64,000 bases of DNA, from contig CATNEN010000014.1 of the NCBI GenBank assembly GCA_950097015.1, positions 248,001-312,000 of the forward strand. Reading direction: 5' to 3'. Positions 23,801 to 34,800 of the stretch are shown piece after piece. Position 1 is the first letter of the stretch. Each line of letters begins with the position of its first letter. The notes beneath the pieces are model-generated. The model ran no database searches. It saw nothing but the letters and a program-made list of their open reading frames with translations, and was not told the DNA's origin. Origin of the DNA: Macrostomum hystrix (Eukaryota > Animalia > Platyhelminthes). The position numbers and the translations under genes are program-made.

Positions 23801-26531
23801 CCCCGAGAACCAGGTGGTCGGCTCCCCTCGGCCAGCTGCCGAGATGGAGGTCGCCGTCTCGCTGGTCCCCGTCGCCCAGGCGGACCGGCGGTCTGTAGAT
23901 GTTGACGATGGTCAGCGGCTTGGTGTTGTTGCTCCGCACTCTGACACTCAGACTCTCCAAAGCAGCCCCGTCAGGCAGGCGCAGCCCGGGCTCCACTCTC
24001 TCATGCTGAATCCCGCGGCGAACAAGGGTCAGGAGACCCCCATGGTGCCCTGGGTTGGCACCTCTGTGCACTTGACGCTCTCTTCTGTAGGCCGTGAAGT
24101 CCTTGAAGTCGGGGATGGGATCGTTGGGATGGAGATTCGTCTCTTGCAGCACGGTCACGTCTATCCTGTGAACATCGAGCAGCCGGCTCAACGCCGGTCC
24201 CCTCGATTTCAGGCCGTTGAGGTTGAGCTGCAGGATGTTAAGCGCTCTCTTCACTTGCTGCTGCTCCGGTCGTCTCTCGCCGCCTCTCGGCGGCCCGGGG
24301 TTCGACTCAATGCCCCCCGACAGCAGGAGCCGGCGGCGCGCCCAGTCGGGTTGGACGCCCGCCCACCCGAAAACCCGACCAGCGGGCGTGGGTGCTGGCG
24401 CTGCAGGCAGCAGCCGCCTCCTCGCTGCGTCCGTCATGGAAGCTCCCTGCCGCTAAGTCAAGTAAGTCAAGTATTTTAATCACGTAAAGATAAGTTGCCC
24501 CGGTCTTAGCAGTGAAAAAGTCTGTACGGACATAGGGCCCGCGTTGTGGAAAAGTGGAGTGGAATATAAGGGGGCGAACCAACCACCCCCTAGAGCCACG
24601 CATTTGTAATGCCACGGCTCACCTGGGGCCAGGGTAGGCATCCAAACCCACCCACACGACCCCCCGCCCCGCCACCCAAACGGAGCTTTTAATGGCCAAT
24701 CACGGCGCAGCTGAGGGAAGGGCAGTCCGAGGCGAGGGCCAAGACAGGGTGGCCCAGCCAATCAGCGCGCATCAAAACTAACAAAGGCTAAACTAGTAAC
24801 AATATAACAAGAAAGGCTTTTTAGCCTCTGCGTACCTTATACCACGTGGGGCAAGCTGTCTGCACTGCAAAGTGCACGGACCCAACACAAGTCTCACCTT
24901 TCCAGCGATGCCCACCCGTGTCTCGATCAGGCCGGACTCCATAGCTGTGGTATCAAACTCCACGGCTCCTTCTAGACTCACAGCCCGCTCCAGATCAGTA
25001 CAGCTGCCATTCACTGAGGTGGCTGTCGCCGGAAATCCAATCTGCATCCAGAAGTACTTCGCCCCGAAAGCCTGAAGCTTCTGGATCTGCAAGAGAGTGG
25101 CTACACACGCTTTGATAAGGAGTGAAGAGAAAGTGAGGATGGAGGAGTAACTTACAATGCACTCGAATCGTTTTCCTGGGAGCTCAGTGGCTGCGTCTCG
25201 CACGACAATGAAGATGCGGTAGTTATTGCGCTGCAACAGGCCGCGTATTTGTCTCATTTTTTCAACATTCAAACGGACAGAGTAGCGTTGAGCCTTACCA
25301 GTGAGCTGGAAATCGCCTCAGTCGCATCGCCACCGTAGATTACCTTCCGGTAGTTGGTCAGGTTACTTCTGGTGAGCGCTGTCTCCAGCTCCTGCGATGT
25401 CTGTTTGGAATCGGCCCATGGTTTAGTCAGTTCTGGTTTTTGCAGCATTGCATGTTTGAGTTTGAGTTTGAGTATGTCTAATTTGTTAGAAATTTTTCAA
25501 GTTAAGAAAACTTTCCAGTGAATTTTTTTCCAAAAATTAATTCCTATGTCAGACATACAAGCAATGACATTCGCAGGCTCATCGGAATCTAGACTCACAT
25601 AGAACACAGCGTCAGAATCCGAGGTCAGCAGTGCGAACCTCTTCCAGCTGTATTTCATCAGCAGCTCAATCACTGGCTGAATGAACAGGCTAGGGTTGAT
25701 GGGCAGGCGTATGAAGTACGGGTACTGCCGCTTCACGCTCAGCACTGGCAGTGTGTTGGAGTAGCCAATCTGCAGGTAATATGCGACTCAAATTTGCGGG
25801 AATCCATCTCAAATTTAAAGCATTTAATAACGAAAATTTGTCTTTGGTTGCTTCCGGGTCTCAGCAACGGGTGTAACTCTTGCAAGACCAGCGACTTTCA
25901 TCGCCATTTTCACATTTTTTACCAATCAATACTTATTCATGAGGTCGTTACTTTAGGCTGCTGTCCATTTATCATGGGTCTAATTAATAAATCAAAATAA
26001 CACAAAGACTATACTTTCGGCCCAGCCACTTCAGTGCTTCATCGCTAATCTGCCATCCCAGTCACCTGCGGAAGGTAGTAGAACCGAGCAATGTCAGCCA
26101 GAATCTGTGACTGCTCTGAAAAGGCTGGCCCAATTAACAACGCCTTGTTGGGTGGGTTCAGGTATCCATCGAATAGAGCCTTGGCCGCGCTGCCAAGCTT
26201 GTCCTGCAATGCGAACATGAAGCTGTGGTTTAGATTCCAGGGCCAGGTGTGCAGCTGAGCAACAAAGCAAATTTACCTCATCAGTCACAATCAGCTGGTA
26301 GTTGAGCTGCAAGTCGGGAAATTTGTCGCTCATGTTTTTGTTAAAGTAGGCGAACGCATATTTAAAATAATCCGCGTCCGCTACGAAAGGTGCTTTGTTT
26401 GAGACGATACAGAGAGCCGTCACCACCTGCCTAGCTGCCCCAGCCATCGGCAGGGGTGGCAGCAGCAGCAGCCGCAGCAGCAAGCTGGCTAGAAAAGCGG
26501 CCGCGCTTTTTGTAAAACTTTTTTTTAACAT
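11863..26531 (-). CDS. Class C GPCR, GABA-B receptor-like (Venus flytrap + 7TM, no cysteine-rich domain), 14 exons, about 752 aa
   Basis: Exons 26531-26277, 26203-26066, 25769-25599, 25391-25299, 25230-25156, 25086-24898, 15034-14798, 14672-14609, 14498-14421, 14224-13842, 13761-13639, 13475-13382, 12718-12480 and 11982-11863 are all phase-consistent. Motifs: GGQPPMD, LIKMSSPLVNNVI, FGAMLAKTWWVHRIF, WETRSV..NDSKKIGICVYN. Confidence 0.9.
16138..16404 (+). repeat. About 97-bp tandem monomers (about 2.7 copies) in the LINE 5' UTR
   Basis: Units start with GGTACCTCT at 16138, 16235 and 16333. Each unit has several potential hairpins. Confidence 0.85.
16636..20344 (+). pseudogene. LINE ORF1 remnant plus pol (partial APE, RT, RNase H, CCHC-like), multiple frameshifts and stops
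   Basis: APE: LAGDVNSH, TPTF, VLDVT, LSDH. RT: RVVFIPKP, QHAFRAGRSTESALH, FLDIEGAFDN, PQGGVLTPLLWNL, YADD. RNase H: YTDGS, NEML, HSDSEAAL, WIPGHAGLTGNEMADQLAK. C-terminal CPFC..H..C. Confidence 0.88.
20410..24448 (-). mobile_element. Ingi-like non-LTR retrotransposon nested in the LOA-like element
   Basis: A single long ORF followed by an (AG)n tail at about 20411-20428. Tentative 5-bp TSD GCCGC at 20405-20409 and 24449-24453. Confidence 0.8.
20427..24437 (-). CDS. 1336-aa retrotransposon polyprotein: 2A-like peptide, APE, RT, RNase H, Cys/His motif
   Basis: RRRLLLSGGIESNPGP; APE motifs NILQLNLNGL, LQET, NIYRPP, GDVNAH, GSDHLP; RT motifs DFKAAFD, GVPQGSPLSP, YADD; RNase H motifs WTDGA and WIPGHAGLHLNEEAD; CPHC..H..C. 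Confidence 0.93.
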   Translation of the reverse strand: MTDAARRRLLPAAPAPTPAGRVFGWAGVQPDWARRRLLLSGGIESNPGPPRGGERRPEQQQVKRALNILQLNLNGLKSRGPALSRLLDVHRIDVTVLQETNLHPNDPIPDFKDFTAYRRERQVHRGANPGHHGGLLTLVRRGIQHERVEPGLRLPDGAALESLSVRVRSNNTKPLTIVNIYRPPVRLGDGDQRDGDLHLGSWPRGADHLVLGDVNAHGSWDPECDPDDLGENLDDWLAGQGWLALNDGSPTRFSATGVGTAPDVALGHASWAGKAIWQVLDPVGSDHLPLLLTVQYVAPQGRRARTHLNIKRADWPKFQAEVDSRFAGWDASRFFSLELANRSFTSMVLESAAKSIPRGSVAKAKSWWSAECRAAHANLRETLERLRSDPGNAEKVAAYRLARIEAERTFRAAKAEAWRTFVSKLDARTPDTKVWQVIRALDGNVRLPLPDSPLVHNGRTAHSDKEKAEMAAATYAEASRLRVPKADQSAARAEVRRAIAAGQHEDAAAAPFQLAELQEAIRRSEGKAPGGDEVHPELLKRLPSSGLVALLTLLNRSWVEAKLPSAWRRATIVPAVKKGKNKGDPKSYRPISLLSCIGKLLESMVQRRLAVWAELHGLIPDEQAGFRTGRSTIDCVAQIAQPAFDSLQEQPMHRSMVTAMDFKAAFDRTWRLGTLRELARARAPARVLRWVRAFLSDRRATVRWESAESRCRVLKEGVPQGSPLSPLLFVIATSTLPAAVKAAAPESRPVQYADDLTVNASGKSAAEAAELSQTAIDAVASWCKDHQFELAPDKTEALLVTTHPGEIKGKAPVQLTVGGQQIALSSTVKILGVHLDSQLTFAEHAQSAAATIRRRLIALRAVAGRTWGAEARTLRQLYCSYVRPAGLYCAEVWWSFLAPTHRQRLERLNAEAARIITGVGAGARSLALTTDAELLSLGPICEEKAAALLTRCRQFPAAHPLGGLAQEPCTARRLKARGGGLRPSWRDTAKQVLRGCGCRRSADNPEERVPVTMLPRPWRGTAVSFVCTPNTKREDPEWRRRQEALITLDNLHQKDPPDLQIWTDGAAEEGVRNGGGGYVIRRRAPGPDVNGSVATGRLTCSTSAEAAAAAAGLQAAWELLEGQTHRTIWLQRPERCQDDHGAAQAVALLHKLAEKHRLTVIWIPGHAGLHLNEEADSLAREGCALPQEGARASAGAIQAAVRRQSVVRAKAQYEAEVPAEHPHRRCGGRPLPPSNRRRRDQEVALYQLRANRAPFLRDTLHRWGRVESPVCPHCQAPVENTEHFLLDCPRWEEERRCFEGIGSMSLLQEHPERVLDFLEATGALARPLYGLWPRGQ

Positions 26532-28820
26532 TCGGTTGGGCTCATGAGGGACTTTGAGAATCTGGTGAGCTTTAGCAGCTCTATATAGCGGCTAGTAAGA
26601 TTTTGTTTAGCTCCGAAAACTAAGGTAAAGGCGAAAGAAAAACTCCCCGATTTTAAGTCTGAGTCGAGTCTGCCGACTTCCGATTGGTTGCTTGGCAGAT
26701 CTAAACAGCAGCAGCAGCAGCAAATTTCTTCAAAGAATCCCGCGCAGCCATGCATATTCTTACGTTCTTATGAGAAATTTCATGAAGAGTTTTCATTGTG
26801 GCTTTGAAAAGTTTGTTCCAACAGAGTAAATAATAATGTAAATTTATGAGCACGCTGCGTCTGCTCAAGTTGATAGTTACTGTAAGTTTCAAACCAAAAA
26901 ACCTTCCCTCTTTACATATCTCTCTCTTTCTACGCTCCCAAGGAGAACTACGCTGAGAAGGAGAACGTGTTCTGTATCGTGTCTCCCGAGCTCCCTATGG
27001 GGGCATCTTCTGGGCGTTCTCTTCAAGGAAATACTTCGATTAGCTCAAGGGATGCCGCTACCCACATAGCAACGCGAGCAGCCGTGGGGGCTGGGAAATC
27101 CAGTGGGAAGGTGCACATGGCAGAGTTCACGGCTCCGGACTCTGCACGTCGAGGCCAAAGCGATACATGGGTTTCATGAGTTAAAGGACATTGATCAGAC
27201 ATGAAGCTGGGGCATAGCCTGGCCCAGCCTGTCATTGCCGTCCAGTTTGATACGCCTGTGTCGCGAATCACGGCTCTGGTAGCTGACCTGGCGACAAGTG
27301 GCGGTGGCGGAGGGAGGCAGGGCGGCGGCAACCTCATGGCCTGGGGCATGCATGGGTGGTCCTATAATACTGCTATTAAATGTAGTCAATCGCGCAGGAA
27401 AAGCGCTGCCTGAATCCCGGTGGGCTAATTACATTAAATAGCAGCGTTGAATAAACCGTAACACTAGTCAGAAGTATATGCCGACACCTCAAGCAAATCA
27501 TTTCAAACAACTGGGGTATATCGGCCAAATATACAAGCGCGTAATCGCTACGTCTATAAATTTTATGGTAGATTTTAATGCATGGGATTTCTCTTAAATT
27601 GCCAACCTGTATGCGTAAGCTGCATGCTTACGTCACCTGTCGAATTCTGAAGGCTGCTGGCTGCTCTGTGCTCTAAGTAATTGTGCCTTAACAAATCAAC
27701 TTCACAAAAAGGAGCTGTAATTAACTGCATGCATCTGCATGGTGGCGCAGTCAAATGCGATTAAAAAAGGTATTTAGCTGCCTGTATTTAAAAATATAGG
27801 CTGAAGCGAAGCCCCGTTTAGGGCCATTTTGGCCATTTTGGTAATTTATAGCTATAGCCCACGTGCAAATTAACTTTTTTTGCTAATCGCTCCTCCGATC
27901 GCAAGGAAAATTGCGATGCTAGTCAGCAATGCAGCGATTGATGCATCTATAGCATCTCTATTAGCATCTCTTTGCTAAATTGCTGCATGAAGTTTAGCCA
28001 GGTGGATGTTTTTTGCACCGCCGCGGCTGCTTCTGCTTCACTTTACCTCACAGGCAACGCTTTAACAGGCAACTCGACCTTGCTGAGAAAGAAAGAAATA
28101 TACTATACGCTCGTACCATGCATATGTAATTTAGAAAGCCAACGTTTTTCTTCGGAGCCTAACTAATTATAGTATTTATTCGTATAGCAGAAATAATTGT
28201 TCTTGGCAAACTGATATAAATAAAATAATAAACTTTGGTGAAGGTGAACTGCCTTTAGCGACATCGAATTCCCTATCAAAGCCGACGTATATATATAGTA
28301 GGCCTATAGGTATATATATTTGTAGGAATTGGGGGGGACAGCGAGGCCATAACCCGCACTTTTTAAAGCGAGGGGCCAGTGCAGTATTGGTATCTGGCCA
28401 ATCCACATTTTTAGTCCGAAATGTAGACATTTTAAATTATTTTTTTTCACTTTTTTGGTTTTCGCCACTTAGCATGAATGCATGTGATTTTACAAATTTA
28501 CATAAAATAACAAATTAAAAGGGGGCCCTTATATGATAGAAACTTTAGTTTAGTTGTTTTATGGTTACATATTAGCTCGTCACACCTATGTGGCGCTTCA
28601 GTTTCAATAGATTTTCCATTGTAGTCCTAACTGTGCATTTCGGTTATTCAGAAAAACATGTTCGTTATTTACGAGAAAATAGAAATAGTTGTGGTTGGTA
28701 ATAACACGTAAAAACTTGACTGGGTTTCACTGCACCCATTTATTTTACGATTTGCTTCGATAAATTCATTATTATTCTCTTTTCGAAGACTTTTGAAACT
28801 TAATAGCAATCGTCATCACG

Positions 28821-31800
28821 ATGGATCTGGACTTGGATCACTATTTTCCCTTTAGTGAAGTGTCCGAGACACTGCAACGTGTCAAAATGTATCCATATTT
28901 CGACATTTCTCATTACATTTTAATGTGTCTTCTTGTTAAAGAAGATACACCGCAGCTGGGTAAGTCGACCAGATGAGATAATTGGAATTTTTTCTTAAAA
29001 AAGCTACTTTATTTTCTTCTAAATTTGTTCATCATTTTAAGTGTTCTACTATTTTACTAATTTAATAATGGCTCTTAATAATACTTAATAATACTTAATA
29101 ATACACCTAAATAACTTAATGAATACTTTATCTCATGAGTGAAAATTAGCTATTGTTCATGACTTTATACCAGCACAACTAACATATTTCTTGCCATTAG
29201 AACTTTGGGGGGGCTTGTGCTAGAATATTTCTATAAGACATATTCATTCCATAATAAAAGGCAATTCACAATTTTTATGTGACTTAGTTATAAGAAAGCA
29301 TTGAGTTTGTATAATCTAATAGCAATAGCAAAAATATAAGCTAGTCAAAAATTCCTCTACAAGTTTTTTTATTAGTGTGTTTTTATTTTACTAACCAATG
29401 TTTCATATTAATCCCAGATTAGGTGGCTCTGTTATTACCTGTTTGTAGTAGTTCTAGTAGTCCTAAAACTCTAAAGTCTTGTCATTTTGGATTACTGCAT
29501 AATCGCCCATAAACTAGCCTCATTTCACTTAGCAAGGATAAATCAGGTTCATGATTCAAATCGTGTGCTTTTTGAAATAAATTATTTCGAGTTGTTGTAT
29601 AAAATATGCACTATCAAACCAACACTTCCTCTCTTTTTTTTCAGGTACTTCAACATTTTCAAGAAATCATCCATTCGCATCCTGGCTTGCTAGCATGTTG
29701 ATGTGCTTTGCTGGCACCATCATTGGCAATGGTTTGACTGGCGATCCATTAATTGTGCCATTTCAAAACCACAGGGATCTTCTGGTGGCTTCTATTGTCT
29801 GGTAAGCGTGGCATATGATTGACGAGTAGTTAAATAATAAAAGGGAAATGGAAACAAAATTACGAAGATGTTTTTCGTGACTTCTCCAGGAAGCGTCGGA
29901 TACCAAACAGTTTGAGATGATCTTAATTTAAATAAGTAATGAGCTACTTTTAAAGAAGTTTCCTCGAAAAACATTCTTTGTCTTCTCATCCTGCATTTAT
30001 TGGTTACAGCTGAAACATGCCAGTAATAAATTTAGCACTATATCTCGCACCCTAGTGTGTAAGGTGTGTTTATTTTGGTTCAAGCAACTACTCTGTTGCA
30101 CATTATCATCTCCAGGACACTGGCGAGAGCGCCTCAGCTAGCCAATATAGCTTACAATATGAGTGTATTTCCCGCTGAGGGACCAGCTGAGTTTAAGTGT
30201 TCATCGTTCAGCCCAACCCTTAGCAGACAGTCTCTTGAAATCAATTCCAACTTCAACGACTACAGTTCAAGTAATGCGAGCTAATTTTCTGCTCTCATGA
30301 AGCCACTTAACTGCGCTGCTCCAGGTACGTCATAAACTACTCCCCATTCGACCTGGTCTACAAAACAGCCAAGTTCGCGCCAGTTCATCTGCTCATCTGC
30401 CTGCTTAAAGAGGTTCAGAGGACGCGCAAGGTTTTCGATGGAGTGGCTGCGGGCGTGCGACTCTATCCTAAGGCCTACCTGCTCAATGTACTGATCGGTC
30501 TCGTGAAAGGTAGGTGTCAGCATTTAATACTTGAGTTGGAAAGTATCAGCTAGATTCCATGTAGTAGAAGGCTACACCTAAAACATTTAGCTGAGACTAA
30601 AACTTTAAGAGTCGCCAATTCAGATCCTCCATTGGCGAGGCTGACTCGGCGGAAATTTTTGTTCACACCAAAGTTCTCTTGTGGGTTTTAGGCCCTATAT
30701 AGGCTTCATCAATACGAAGTTCCAACAGGAAAAATCATTAATTTGCTCTTAAGTAACTACAGACAAGGACCAGTAGACCCCCCAAGGGAGGAAAACTTCC
30801 CTGACTTTCCTTCGCCCCAAATTTCCCCCGCGCGTTGACCTTATCATCGCACGCGGGTGGTGTGCAGGCCCTCTCAGCACTCCGACCTTCAGCCTCTCTC
30901 CACCTTGACTTTCCACGATCGCTCGTAAGGCTTTGTTGCATGAATTCAAAGCGTGTGCGGATTTTTCTCTGGAGGGAGGCTAGCAGCAGAAATTGGGAGA
31001 TATTGATTGCTTGCGAGCTCTTTTCACTGAAGGGGAAGAAGCTTGGTAAGGGATCCCGTGCACCGAGTTCCAAGCCATCTGCCCTGCGGCAATGCCTGGC
31101 AGTTGTGACTGCTTAGTGCCACTAGTGCCCCATATAGAGGTTTTTTCCTGCAGATCGTTCAGCAGACACCTAAAATCCTGCCGCCCCCCCTCAATACGGC
31201 TGTGCACTTTAGGCTGCTTGATCTTCTCGATTCCTAAAATCCTGCCGCCCCCCCTCAATACGGCTGTGCACTTTAGGCTGCTTGATCTCGATTCCTAAAA
31301 TCCTGCCGCCCCCCCTCAATACGGCTGTGCACTTTAGGCTGCTTGATCTCGATTCCTAAAATCCTGCCGCCCCCCCTCAATACGGCTGTGCACTTTAGGC
31401 TGCTTGATCTTCTCGATTCCTAAAATCCTGCCGCCCCCCCTCAATACGGCTGTGCACTTTAGGCTGCTTGATCTCGATTCCTAAAATCCTGCCGCCCCCC
31501 CTCAATACGGCTGTGCACTTTAGGCTGCTTGATCTCGATTCCTAAAATCCTGCCGCCCCCCCTCAATACGGCTGTGCACTTTAGGCTGCTTGATCTCGAT
31601 TCCTAAAATCCTGCCGCCCCCCCTCAATACGGCTGTGCACTTTAGGCTGCTTGATCTCGATTCCTAAAATCCTGCCGCCCCCCTCAATACGGCTGTGCAC
31701 TTTAGGCTGCTTGATCTCGATTCCTAAAATCCTGCCGCCCCCCCTCAATACGGCTGTGCACTTTAGGCTGCTTGATCTCGATTCCTAAAATCCTGCCGCC

Positions 31801-34800
31801 CCCCCTCAATACGGCTGTGCACTTTAGGCTGCTTGATCTCGATTCCTAAAATCCTGCCGCCCCCCCTCAATACGGCTGTGCACTTTAGGCTGCTTGATCT
31901 CGATTCCTAAAATCCTGCCGCCCCCCCTCAATACGGCTGTGCACTTTAGGCTGCTTGATCTCGATTCCTAAAATCCTGCCGCCCCCCCTCAATACGGCTG
32001 TGCACTTTAGGCTGCTTGATCTCGATTCCTAAAATCCTGCCGCCCCCCTCAATACGGCTGTGCACTTTAGGCTGCTTGATCTCGATTCCTAAAATCCTGC
32101 CGCCCCCCCTCAATACGGCTGTGCACTTTAGGCTGCTTGATCTCGATTCCTAAAATCCTGCCGCCCCCCCTCAATACGGCTGCGCACTTTAGGCTGCTTG
32201 ATCTCGATTTGCGTTTCTCTGCCTGTCCGGGCACCCACGCTTTGGCCACGCTTTGGTCATGCAGCTGCCGTTTATTTTTAGCATTGCTTAACTATCGCAT
32301 TGTCACTCTATAAGATTGTGTAAATATCAGCATTCTTCAGCCCTAGACCAGCCTGATTTATTGATTTCGAGTCGTCTGTCGTGTGCAGACCAGCATACCT
32401 GACTCGCATTTTGCCCGTTCTATAGAGCTGCGTATCTCTGAGTTCGAACGGGATGAATTTTATACGAGTACTACCGAGATGGGAGCTAACATGAAACTTG
32501 TCTTACAACGACTCTATAGTACGAGCTAACTTTTGTTAGCGGTGACAGCTAGCCCGTTAAAAACGTGTTTGCCGTGCACGCATTGAAGTGTCTTAATTGC
32601 ACATCGTAGCCACACGCAGCTTGAAATGTGTCGCTTCACCGCCACCTACGCGCACTGAACGAACCTCCTCCCTGACCCTCCGCTGATAGCTAACGGCAGT
32701 CCTGTGATACTTCCGCTCTCCCGACTCGTCACTGGCCAGTTCCGACCGCAGCCGATGGGACCATTCTCAGTGTAAGAATGACTGCTGTGGCAGTCTCGGT
32801 CAGTGTACTAGTGCATTGCAAACAGGAACCTTGGTGCCATTGTGCTAGTCATTAACGCAGTGCTTTATTCTAATCAATAAGCCTGCCACCGAATTTTAAG
32901 CCTTTTTTGCCACTTGTGTCTTTCTCAATTAACTATTCATATTTTATGGTGATTGAATCACACAGAGAGCATCTAACCGTGAAGCTGACATGATAGAAAG
33001 GTTCTTATTAATTCTGCGCGCGTTTCATACCTACTCACAGTAGCAACTAAAGCTTGTTGTCACCCCCACTATTTGCAATGAAAAAAGGCACCGGCTCGGC
33101 TGAGATGAAACTCTTTGAACGCCTGATTCGTGGAGTCTGGCTGCCCGCAGCCAGCGAGCTGCTGAGGCCCTCTGCGTAAGATTTAGGGCTAAGCAAAGCT
33201 GACTGTAGTAGCTGAGCGAAGCACAATAGACCATTGACTCTTGCTGGGGAGGCTGCATGCCATTCGTTTGAGCTTGTTAGGTTATGCATGTGCAGTGCAA
33301 CTGTATATACTCCTTTATACTCCTTCAGGGCTCGGCTGACCTATTGAGTTTAAGCAATATATCATATAATTCTATAAGACAACGAGTGGTTGAAGCTGCT
33401 TGAAGCTGAGTACTGCTGAAGCTGAGTAAATATGCTGTGTACTGCGCTCATGGATTTCAATGATTTAATTTCTGCAAAATAACACATCCCTATTCTACCT
33501 GAATTTACTCGTAGGATGATCGCATTGTCTCTTTATAATAAACTGTGTTATCGAGTGGTGTCAATACGAATTAACAGTTCCAGCTCCTTTATTTTGTGTT
33601 ATCGAGTGGTGTCAATATGAATTAACAGTTCCAGCTCCTTTATTTTGTGTTATCGAGTGATGTCAATATGAATTAACAGTTCCAGCTCCTTTATTTTGTG
33701 TTATCGAGTGGTGCCAATACGAATTAACAGTTCCAGCTCCTTTATTTTGTGTTATCGAGTGGTTTCAATATGAATTAATAGTTCCAGCTCCTTTATTTTG
33801 TGTTATCGAGTGGTGTCAATACGAATTAACAGTTCCAGCTCCTTTATTTTGTGTTATCGAGTGGTGTCAATATGAATTAATAGTTCCAGCTCCTTTATTT
33901 TGCTCCTACTTAGTTGATTTCAGCACTCGATCAGCATGCATTTTACGCTAGGTTTTAGCATTACCGTGACCTTAATGTCAGTTATATGTACTGCTTCAAG
34001 CTGCTTCGTGTGCTTTGTGCCTTTGGTATTTTTGAGGGTGGGTGCAACTGTGTGATGTCTTTGAAGTATCATTATTAGCGCCTTATCTAGAACTCTTCAC
34101 CTTATTTTGTTTTCAGCACCACCAAGGCCTGCCTGGTGGTTGCCATCGCCTTCCTGATGGAGCACACAGGCCAGCTGCAGCAGCAGTATCACAATCATGT
34201 CTACCTTGGTGCCGCTTCGTTCTTTGTGCTGCTCAGGTGAGTCTATATAACTGGATAATTTAAAAATAATTGATTGCACCTGCCCCAATTGGGCCAAATG
34301 TGCAGCCGACAGCACAGCCGCAGCTATTGCGCGGCGCATCTGAAGAAGCTGCGTACGGCTGTTGAGACCATGGACTGAAGGGACGCAACACCCACCCTCA
34401 ATTACCCAGCTTATGCTGGTACCCATTTAACAGCTGGGTGAACTGAAGCAATGCAAAGTTAAGTGTCTTGCTAAAATACTCAAATTGTTCAAGTGGAGCC
34501 GGGAATCTCCTGAAACTCCAGACCTTAAAGTCCTAAGTCCGACGCTCTAACCACGAGGCTACAGTTAACCTCTTGAGTCTTGGGAGTTGATGATGAATGG
34601 TAAATGACTGCACTGATTAGTGAGTGACTGAAGTCCAGAGTCGACCTGCCCCTCGAACCAGTAGCTAGCAAGCTACTGGGCACAGTTGATCCGTTCGCCC
34701 CCCTGAGTCCACCCTGCCCCTCAAACAACAGGCTGGCTAGCAAGCTACTGGGCACAGTTGATCCGTTCGCCCCCCTGAGTCCACCTTGCCCATCAAACCA

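Larger units (their letters stand above)
15871..24470 (+). mobile_element. LOA/Lian-like non-LTR retrotransposon (I/R1 group), decayed, with a nested LINE in its 3' UTR
   Basis: Exact 14-bp TSD GTATTTTAATCACG at 15857-15870 and 24471-24484. The 3' tail AAGTCAAGTAAGTCAA is at 24455-24470. APE, RT, RNase H and a Cys/His motif are fragmented across 16934-20344. Confidence 0.85.

Noticed and set aside
20345-24479. Many plus-strand ORFs of 150-390 aa
   Set aside because: Antisense shadows of the GC-rich Ingi-like ORF.
30281-30523. Protein-like 80-aa minus-strand ORF
   Set aside because: It is the antisense shadow of TRIC exon 3 (30325-30509).
30740-31140. LRAIVESQGG and SIWG, resembling a mariner C-terminus
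   Set aside because: The two motifs are in different frames, with no catalytic motifs or TIRs.
31169-32207. CRISPR-like appearance of the regular arrays
   Set aside because: Units are contiguous with no unique spacers, there are no cas genes, and the context is eukaryotic.
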